A stretch of DNA of 24,173 bases from a virus (Duplodnaviria > Caudoviricetes). Positions 1 to 8,400 of the stretch are shown here, in pieces. The notes beneath the pieces are model-generated. The model worked only from the letters and a program-made list of their open reading frames with translations, ran no database searches and had not been told where the DNA came from. Location of the stretch: the IMG/VR virus record IMGVR_UViG_3300046786_001371, positions 1 through 24,173 of that record. The stretch is one strand, 5' to 3'. The position numbers were made by a program, and so were the translations under genes. The number at the start of each line of letters is the position of its first letter. Position 1 is the first letter of the stretch.

Positions 1-1
1 T

Positions 2-274
2 ATAATTTGTTTCCAATAATTGACAATTATTATCTGAAAAATATTTTTTTACATCTTCATAAGATAATTGTTTTGCATTGCGAATTTTATTACCCTTGCA
101 CTTAACACATCTCGAACCATTTTTAAAAGACATCCAACATATTGTAGATTCTTGACCACAAGAACATACATATTTCATAGGTGTAGAATTATTAACGTAA
201 ATGTCTAATAATTTACACCCTGCTTTGAAAAATTCATTTTCAACAAAATCTTGAGAGAGTTTACGATTTCCCAT
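2..274 (-). CDS. Zn-ribbon repeat protein, N-terminus of a putative phage homing endonuclease or DNA-binding protein (3'-truncated by the window edge)
   Basis: Not in the ORF track. Manual translation from the ATG at 274 (TAATG overlap with the upstream stop) is open to the edge: MGNRKLSQDFVENEFFKAGCKLLDIYVNNSTPMKYVCSCGQESTICWMSFKNGSRCVKCKGNKIRNAKQLSYEDVKKYFSDNNCQLLETNY. It contains CxC...CxxC and the start of a second repeat (KLSQDFVENEFFKAGCKLLDIY / QLSYEDVKKYFSDNNCQLLETNY). The nuclease domain is not visible. Confidence 0.75.
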   Translation of the reverse strand, partial: MGNRKLSQDFVENEFFKAGCKLLDIYVNNSTPMKYVCSCGQESTICWMSFKNGSRCVKCKGNKIRNAKQLSYEDVKKYFSDNNCQLLETNY

Positions 275-948
275 TATTTGATTTTAGAAAGCATATTGAT
301 AATTTTATTTGATGGACAAATTGTGTTTTCTCCAACACCGATGTCAGCGTGTTGGCCTGTTACACCCATTACTATTCCTAAAACAAGGTTGTCTGTTCCA
401 ATTGCCATACCACCAGATGAGCCTTCAAGGATGTCTGCGTCTACAAAAATTACATCCGTCCAAGCGGGTAAATTTACGTCATTAATGCTTTGATGTATAT
501 TAGAAACTCTTCCAACTGTTGCAGTATCGTGGAAACCTTCTGGGGATCCAATAACCGCTACAATATCACCAACTTCCACAGTGTCACTATTCGCAAATTG
601 TAAAGTAGGAATGTTTGAAGGAATTCTTTCTGCTCTTATCGCTCCAGAATCAATTTGAGGATCAGATGTCAAAAAGGTTGCTGGAATAAAATTTTTATTA
701 TCAAAAGTAATAAGAATTTCTGTTAAAGTTTCATCTGTTGGAACTACGTGTCCAGCAGTTACAATAATATTGTTTCCAATGTGAAAACCACTACCTGACC
801 AGTTTTTCTTTCCAGATCTAACATAGATAGAACAAGAAGCTTGAAGGCCCAATTGTATTGTTTTTTTAATTGGATCTTCAAGCTTTTCTGCGCTTTGGCT
901 AGTCTTAATTAAACTATCCAAATAATTTACATCTAATTTAAAATTCAT
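274..948 (-). CDS. Trypsin-like serine protease (S1C/HtrA-like catalytic domain, no PDZ)
   Basis: GSGFHIG..IVTAGHVV (His), IDSGAI (Asp), ILEGSSGG (Ser) and the HtrA-type VEVGDIVAVIGSPEGFHDTATVGRVS. The protein ends right after the protease domain and has no signal peptide. Confidence 0.92.
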   Translation of the reverse strand: MNFKLDVNYLDSLIKTSQSAEKLEDPIKKTIQLGLQASCSIYVRSGKKNWSGSGFHIGNNIIVTAGHVVPTDETLTEILITFDNKNFIPATFLTSDPQIDSGAIRAERIPSNIPTLQFANSDTVEVGDIVAVIGSPEGFHDTATVGRVSNIHQSINDVNLPAWTDVIFVDADILEGSSGGMAIGTDNLVLGIVMGVTGQHADIGVGENTICPSNKIINMLSKIK

Positions 949-952
949 TGTA

Positions 953-1387
953 TTACTTTTCGTCTACAGTTCCGAATCTTCTACTATCATCTGACTTTGG
1001 TAAATTATCACCAATAAGATAATAATGATTTTTAGGAACTTTTAATTCCATCATATAAGCATCGTCTATATTCTTGACTTCCAAAATAGAATGGTATGAA
1101 TTATCAATTATAAGCTCATACATACCATTTTTGTTCATCATATAATAATAATATTCTTCTGGAGTATACAATATTCTTTTTACGATCAAAGTTCTGTCAT
1201 CACTTAAAGCAACTACAACATCACTCTTCTTGAAATCTTTCGTTCTTTTAGCTAACAAAATCTGTCCATTTTTATAAGTTGGAAACATAGATTGTCCAAC
1301 TACAACGACCAATTTGTAAGGTTGTAAATATGCCAACAATAACAAGATACAACCAATTACCAAAGAAACAGTTAATCTCTTTTTCAT
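953..1387 (-). CDS. Signal peptidase I-like protein (S26 family)
   Basis: N-terminal TM anchor (KKR-LTVSLVIGCILLLLAYL), box B GQSMFPT (catalytic Ser), box D IVKRI (catalytic Lys), box E GDNLPKSDDSRRFG. The C-terminus is slightly short. Confidence 0.93.
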   Translation of the reverse strand: MKKRLTVSLVIGCILLLLAYLQPYKLVVVVGQSMFPTYKNGQILLAKRTKDFKKSDVVVALSDDRTLIVKRILYTPEEYYYYMMNKNGMYELIIDNSYHSILEVKNIDDAYMMELKVPKNHYYLIGDNLPKSDDSRRFGTVDEK

Positions 1388-1391
1388 GCTT

Positions 1392-1397
1392 CACCTC
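1392..1397 (-). promoter_or_regulatory. Shine-Dalgarno site GAGGTG of the S26 gene
   Basis: The minus strand reads AAGAGGTGAAGCATG, with GAGGTG 4 nt before the ATG at 1387. Confidence 0.7.
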
Positions 1398-1449
1398 TTG
1401 TAATAAAAGGAGCTGAAGACATTTCTTTTTTTTAGCTTTTTGCTCGTAA

Positions 1450-2412
1450 TTAAGATTTTTTAACAGTGATGGTTGACCAATCAATATTTGCAAGTTTAGG
1501 AACACCAGGCCCCCAATTCTGTTCTTCTCCAGGCTGAACGTGAACATTTTGTAAACTTGAAATATTTCTCAATGCAGTCATCATATCTTCTTGGCAAAAT
1601 TGGTTCCCAAATTCTGGAAGAAGATTCTGATTTTTCAATGCAGCCTTTATCAGAGCGCAAATACCAGCAACAAATGGTGATGCTTGACTTGTGCCTGACA
1701 TTTTACAGTAGTTATTATTCAAGTGAGTTGAATAAATATTGGTACCTGGAGCAACAATATCCACTGTAAAATCCCTTGAGGTGAAAGTGGCTAAATTTCC
1801 ACCTTCATCCAATGCAGCAACAGCAATAACTTCATCGTATCTTGCTGGATAATTAACTGCGTGTGAATCGTTTCCAGCTGCTGCAACAACTACAATACCT
1901 TTGGAAACTGCTTCTTTAATTAAATCGTGAATGAAACTAGGTGGCTCAGATGGTGCACCTAAAGACATATTGATAATGTCAACACCTAAATCAATTGCTT
2001 TTCTCAAACCTGCAGCAATTGTGTCATAACTTCCACCGCCACTGTTGTCAAGAACTCTAATAGCATAACACTTAGCTTTTGGAGCAACACCAACTACACC
2101 AAAGTCATTGTCAGAGCCAGCAATAATTCCAGCAACGTGAACTCCGTGTCCACTTCCTGCATCATTGACACTTGCTTCCCCTGTGCAGTTTACAGCTTCT
2201 TCAGCTTTCCAAGCTTCAGCTAAATCTGCGTGTTCTGAAAAACCAGTATCAAGAATTGCAACTTTGATACCTTCGCCTTGCTTTGAAATTTCCCAAACAT
2301 CTTGAATGTTAGCAATAGACATACCCCAGTTTTGAGTCTGTGATAATGCTGCAAACGGAACCGATACAACTTTTAAGTCTTCTTCAGGAATAAATTGAAT
2401 TTTATCTTGCAT
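1450..2412 (-). CDS. Subtilisin-like S8 serine protease, intracellular (ISP-like) type
   Basis: VAILDTG (Asp), HGVHVAGII (His), AAAGN (oxyanion Asn), GTSQASPFVAG (Ser). No signal peptide or long prodomain. The start was moved from GTG 2421 to ATG 2412 because that GTG is part of a GAGGTG SD 6 nt upstream of the ATG. Confidence 0.95.
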   Translation of the reverse strand: MQDKIQFIPEEDLKVVSVPFAALSQTQNWGMSIANIQDVWEISKQGEGIKVAILDTGFSEHADLAEAWKAEEAVNCTGEASVNDAGSGHGVHVAGIIAGSDNDFGVVGVAPKAKCYAIRVLDNSGGGSYDTIAAGLRKAIDLGVDIINMSLGAPSEPPSFIHDLIKEAVSKGIVVVAAAGNDSHAVNYPARYDEVIAVAALDEGGNLATFTSRDFTVDIVAPGTNIYSTHLNNNYCKMSGTSQASPFVAGICALIKAALKNQNLLPEFGNQFCQEDMMTALRNISSLQNVHVQPGEEQNWGPGVPKLANIDWSTITVKKS

Positions 2413-2418
2413 TTTGTT

Positions 2419-2424
2419 CACCTC
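2419..2424 (-). promoter_or_regulatory. Shine-Dalgarno site GAGGTG of the S8 gene
   Basis: The minus strand reads TCGAGGTGAACAAAATG. Confidence 0.75.
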
Positions 2425-2438
2425 GATACAAGTATATT

Positions 2439-2467
2439 ATTCGTTATATATTTTTCCTAATTCCTTT
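2439..2467 (-). promoter_or_regulatory. Candidate alternative-sigma promoter (AGGA...GAAT) upstream of the protease cassette
   Basis: AAAGGAATT-N13-AACGAAT fills the short AT-rich gap and resembles the sigma-H-type consensus RnAGGAwWW-N11/12-RnnGAAT, with slightly long spacing. Confidence 0.35.
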
Positions 2468-5400
2468 ACACAATATAAAGAACTTGACTTTCTATTGGCG
2501 TTCCATATGTTGTTCCATCGTAAGGCTTGACAATAAAAGAAATTGCCATATTTCTCAAGACGACAGCAGAGTTTAACAAGCTACCTTCAGCTATTTTATT
2601 TGATACTCCATTAGTCCATTCAAACCATTCGATAGTAGATAAATCTGAAGAACCATTGAAATTATAATATGCTTGAAGAACACTATTAGCAGAAATTTTA
2701 TTGTCAACTATTGTGTTTGTGGACTTGATCTGAACATCATACACATAAGGTGCAGATAAGCTCTTGACAATTATTGGTTGTGAAGTATAGGTAATTCCAT
2801 AGTCAAAATTATCATTAGGTTCAAGAGTTACATAAACTTGATCATTAACATTGAAATAACCATTAGCAGCACTTAAATCTGCTTTTCTTTGAACTAATCT
2901 ATCTCTGTAATTGGGCGTGGAGTCTAATTCTACGGTAGTTGTTCCGCCACCAGATGTTCTTGTTCTGTACCATCTTGTTCTTGGTTTATATTGCTGATTG
3001 TCAGAAATGTAATTGTAATCAACATACAGTCTTGAAGCACTGGCAATTTGTTTTGTAGATCCAACAGATGCATAAGAAACATCTGAATTTAATACTAAAC
3101 TCTCAGCTTTCAATGATGGAATATTAGTATTTAAATAATGCGAATAAACATTGGAATTTGGAACTGCGTTGTGTGTAAATTCGAAGTTATAAGTTGTTGA
3201 TGCAGTAGAAGAATATGTCTCTACTTTTAATCCCAATCTATATGTTGAATTTTGAAGAATGAATACAGTAATAATATCGGTTGCAGATTTGTTAGTATCA
3301 AATATAATTTTGCCATCATATCTGTCTAACTTGTATCCTCCACGAACTATCTCATTGTTGACAAGTACTACAACATTGCTATCTTCAGGCCATCTACCGT
3401 TGATCACATAGTAGTTCTTGTGATCAGTAGAAACAGTACCTTCGCCATAAGCTTCATATCTTGAGCCAGTTCTACTAATTGACACTTGAACAATGTTTCC
3501 TGATGGCACTTCTTGTCTAAAAGTGATAGTTCCATTTACATTGTCTATTGTGTAAAGATTGGTGGCAACAAGAGAAGAATTTAAATAAACTTCAACAGTG
3601 TCCGAGAGAAGCCAAGTGAACCTAGCATTATCATTGTAGACAAAGTAAGTGAAATTATTATTTACAGACTTGATACAGGTGAGCTTATCATAAAATAGAG
3701 CGTTAGTATATTTATATGATCTTTGTCTTGAAGAAATTACACCATTTTTATTTTTAATAAGCTCTTCATAATCATTCCAATTTGTGCTGTTCCCTTTACA
3801 TATACCCCAAGTTAGCTTTGCCTTATCAGTGTCAGAATAGTCTGTCGAAAGAATGTATTCAAAAATATCATCTGTGGAAGTTAAGGCAGTTGTAAACAAA
3901 TAGTTGACAGCTGGAGATACTTCTGTGTAATACAATTGGCTGACATAAGGAGATACAGGAAGACTTGTAGAGTTATTCCATCCTTCTGTCATATCAATTT
4001 GGAAACTTAAATTTGTAATTTCTTTATTGATAGTAGATGTAGATGTCAAAGTGATCCAATCGCTGTAATTCTTTTTATCAGTGGAATATTTGTATTTGAC
4101 CGTGCAAGAACTATCTACACTTTGGCCTGTAGAAACTGTGTATACTGTAGTGATTGATTTTATAAATTTGGAAGTGTCAAACTCTACAGATTTAGTCCAA
4201 GAACCAGCAAATAATGTGTTAGATCCACCGTGCAATAAAGCAGTGGTAATTCCTGACCAATAAGAACTAGAAGCATCAAAATACAATCCGTCTGTATTTT
4301 GAACTAATTGTCTCAAGCTTCCAGTATTTGTCTTATCATCAACACCAAATGCAACTAATTTTGTGCTACGATTATTCCAACTATAATTTATGTTGTCTTC
4401 GATACTCTTGAGAGAAACCGTGGTGTTGTTATCAGCATCAGAAACAATAAATGTTAATGGAATATAAGAACTGGACAATATATCCATTTCTTGTTTTGTA
4501 TCTATAGTACTGGTTGGGATTGCTGCTGGTTGCTGTCCAATCAAAGCATATTCAAGACAGTCATAAAGATTACTATTTTCACCATTGAGTTTCAAAGAGC
4601 CAATAATAGATGTGATTGCTGTGCCTGAATTTGTAAAACCACTTCCAGTTTCGTGTTTTACAGAAGTGCCAAAAGTCCATAAATCTACAAAAGACAACTG
4701 GCCATTTGAAGGATGATTTGTTCTGTTGAGAATATTTGTAAGAAGATTATTAAAACCATTTACAAACCCTGAAGACATTTGCATAGAAGCAGAGTTGTCA
4801 AAAACAGTAGAAATAACAAATTTTGGTTCTAGATACAAATAACCATCATTGCCAGACGTAATACCACTTCCAACACCACTATTCCAATTTACTTCAGTGT
4901 TGTTATAATTACCAATAGGAACGATAGTTTCTGTTGGAGCATATGCATTATCATAGTGTGCTTGGAAGAAGAAGTCATAACTTGTGCTTATTCCAGACCA
5001 GCTAATAGCATTTGAGCTTGAATATCCTAATCCTGAAAATGGATTGTTTGTAGATGCTTTCTTCCACTTAAATAAAGGAACAGAACTTGCGGTTTCTTTG
5101 ATAACAAGTGCCAAAGTTGTAGATCCTGTTCCTGGGATATCTAATGCGCTTGTAAGATTGAAACTTGTAAACCCACCAACATTAACACTAGAAGATGTAA
5201 TTGGACTTGATGCAGCTAATTGAGTTTGTGGCTTTGTATTAGTGTCAACGGAATAAACATAAGCAGTGAGAGTTGTATTTGCTAAACTATCATTGTAAGA
5301 AGAATTGGAAAGTCCATCTTGTTCCCTAATTGACAAGAATGCAGATACTTTTGATATTGTGCTTGCTGTTGATGATGTAGTGAAAGTTTGAGCTAAATAT

Positions 5401-8400
5401 CCAAGAGAGCCACTATCACTTGCAATGAATCTTATGTCATTTGAAGGCTTGGATGCAAATAAAACTGGGCTATATCCTTCACTTGTATTTTCACCAGTTC
5501 TATACCAGCAATCACCATCATCAAGTGTGTACCAAATTCCATTATTAGTACAAGCCACTAAAACATTTTGAGTTATGCTGTTGAATGTTGAAGAAAATAC
5601 TTGAAGATCATAAACACAAGTAGGAAGTGTTCCAATATAATCAGATCTTTCAAAAGTATTTCCCTCATCAAAAGATCTATAAACTCCATCATTTGTTCCA
5701 ATGTAAATTTTGGATTTACCAGGAGTATTTCCAACAGCAGCTTCAGTGTCGATAGCATAAGAGAAACAATGAAGCCCTCTCAAGAATCTACTATCAACAA
5801 TGAAGTCAGAAGAATTTACATCTTCAGGATAAGAATATTTCCAGTTTCTTACCTTTAAAATTCCATCATTTGTAAGAATAAATAATGGATTTGCATAGGT
5901 AGTTTTATTTGTTGAAGATGGAACACTATAGGCTTGGAAAGATTTGTAATACTTGCTAACACCTTCAGGATTGCCAGCAGTAAACATTTTTCTAGGAACT
6001 AGGAATGATGAGAATGATGCATATTGAGTATCATTTCCCATTACATAATAACCATCATCTCCTGCTGCGTGTAAACTTTCAAATTCTTGGACATTGCCTA
6101 AACTGTTTTTGACATATGTGCCTTTGAAGATTCCATTTACATTGTTGGTGGTGAGCTTCAAGAAATCAGATAAGAAATTGGTTGTTCCTAACTTGACACT
6201 TAATCCATCACTTGTTGCAAATGCTTCAAATAAAGTGCCATTCCAAAAACCAGTAAGATATGCATTTTGTCTTGCTGATGAAGTTTGTTTTGTCCAAGAA
6301 CCATCATATTTCCATAGGCCGTTAGAAGCGCCAGCAATTACTTCTAAATTAGGATTTAATGCAATATAACCAGCATCAAAAGCGCCATCTAATGTGCTTT
6401 CAAGTTCCCAATATCCAGTATATTTCCAAACACCCTTTTCTGTGATGATTCTTGTTCCAGTGCCATCTTTTGTAAGCCCAACTATTCCCTTTACTTGGAT
6501 TGGATCACTTTCAAAATCATTTACAGTAGGAATGAGTTCAGTTCTATTTTTAAATGATGAATTTAAGCTATCAAATTTAGCATTACTTGAAAAATTATCA
6601 ATGAGTAATGTATTTTTCAAACCTCTAGTATCTGTCTGTGAAATTGTTGGTGAAGTAAAATCAAAGATAGTTGAATTTAATGATTTGATTTTTCTTGCTA
6701 ACTCTTGAATGTTAGAATTGTTCTCTGATGCTAAATTGTAAGTTTGATTTGATATAGCAAGATACAAATCATCTTCTAATCCAGATACAATCTCATTCTT
6801 GATTCCATAAACTTCAGTGCCAACATCATAAGTGGTTGTGCTGGTAAGTCTTGCTACTGATAAGGTAATTTCAATAGGATAAACAGTATTGTCAACAGAT
6901 TTAACCACTGCTATCTCATACTTATTACCAGCTTTCAGTTCAATCAAAGAATAATCGCTAATTCTTTGGTTTACGTATATTTTAGTATCTGTATTAGAAT
7001 TTGCCTTCGCTAGTAATGCAATAGGGGTTTTTGTCTTATATAAAGGTACAAAAGTAGAAGAATGAGGTTTTGTTCCAGCATCAGATATTGTTGGGAAATC
7101 ATTTACTATAGATATCTTTACATTATCAATATCACTCTTCAATACTGATTGTGTGAAAGTAATTTTGCCTTCTGATGGGCTGGAATAAAATGGGATAGTG
7201 CTAGGTTGGTTGTTTATATAAGTGAAAAGTCTAGTGCTATCAGTTTGTGTGTCATTCCAAGGATCAGTTGTGAATGTGTTGAAACTCTTCTCATAGTAAA
7301 CTTGATCGCCAGGAACATAAGAAGATCCCATAGCTACCATTTGATAAGGATAGTTTAAGGTAAAGTTGGTGATTTGATTGTAATCTTTATCGAATATTGC
7401 AAATTCTGTTTCATTTTCAGAGAATGTATCGTTAGGTCTCTTCCATCTATAATTCAAAGAAACTGTGCTAGATACGTTTACATCTTGCCACAATAATTCA
7501 GTGCTAACAAAGATGCCATTAGTTGTTCCAGCATATAACTTGCCAAAATTACTACCATCATCAAAACTGTAAAGTGTATTTGCTGAACCTTGGAAAACAG
7601 GCTCCCAGAATAGTTCAGAGTAGGCTACAGATGTTCCCAATGATGCTTCTTGAACTCTTGCAATACCATTAGAATGTCCAATGAAGTAATCTGTTGGGAA
7701 TGTTGTTGAATTTCTTTGAACAACACAATTGATAACACTACTTGCACCAGCTCCAGAAGGTGTTGAATTTTGATAAATCTTGAGTCTTTGAACTTCCCAT
7801 ACAACATCAGAAGTGCCAAAATTAAATGCATCTTCAACGACAAGATACCAAGTACTGTCGCCATTAATAGTCCCGCTTGATACATATACTGTTTTCCAAT
7901 TTATAAATTCAGCATTTACATCAAGTTCGGTAGATCTAGTCCAACTTCCAGCAGATGCAACATAAATTCCATTTTCTGCTTTGTTGGTTTGATTTTTGAC
8001 AAGAATAATATTGCCAGCACTAACAGCAACACCATCAATAGTTTGTGTTCCAGTAAGATCTATATCTTCTGTGGTGGCGCATAAAGCATTTGAGAAAGAT
8101 GTTGTTGATTGTGAGAATGGAAGAGACCAATACTTACCTGTAGCATCCTCATAATATTTTGCTGTGTGAGTGATAAATGCCTGATAATCATTCCACCAGA
8201 TAATATTATTTTTGTATGCGCCATCTTTAATCCAATAAATTCCCTTTACTGGCTCGTTAAATATTTGTGATAATTGACTGAAATCTCCATAGTACAAACC
8301 TTTAGTACTAGTGCCAATTGCTCCAACATACAAAGCTCTTTGAATTGTAATATCATCAGTCTCGCCAGCAACAAATGTAGTCTTCTGCGTTGATATTTCT

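Noticed and set aside
1388-1449. Possible intrinsic terminator between the S8 and S26 genes
   Set aside because: A/T tracts are present but there is no convincing GC-rich stem.
1272-1547. 91 aa minus-strand ORF bridging the S8 and S26 genes
   Set aside because: It overlaps two well-supported genes out of frame, and its Lys run comes from an intergenic A-tract.
2413-2421. GTG start of the S8 protease at 2421
   Set aside because: The GTG is part of the SD for the ATG at 2412.
5505-5682. Calling the Asp-box region a sialidase or depolymerase
   Set aside because: Asp-boxes indicate a propeller fold only, and no catalytic residue set could be identified.
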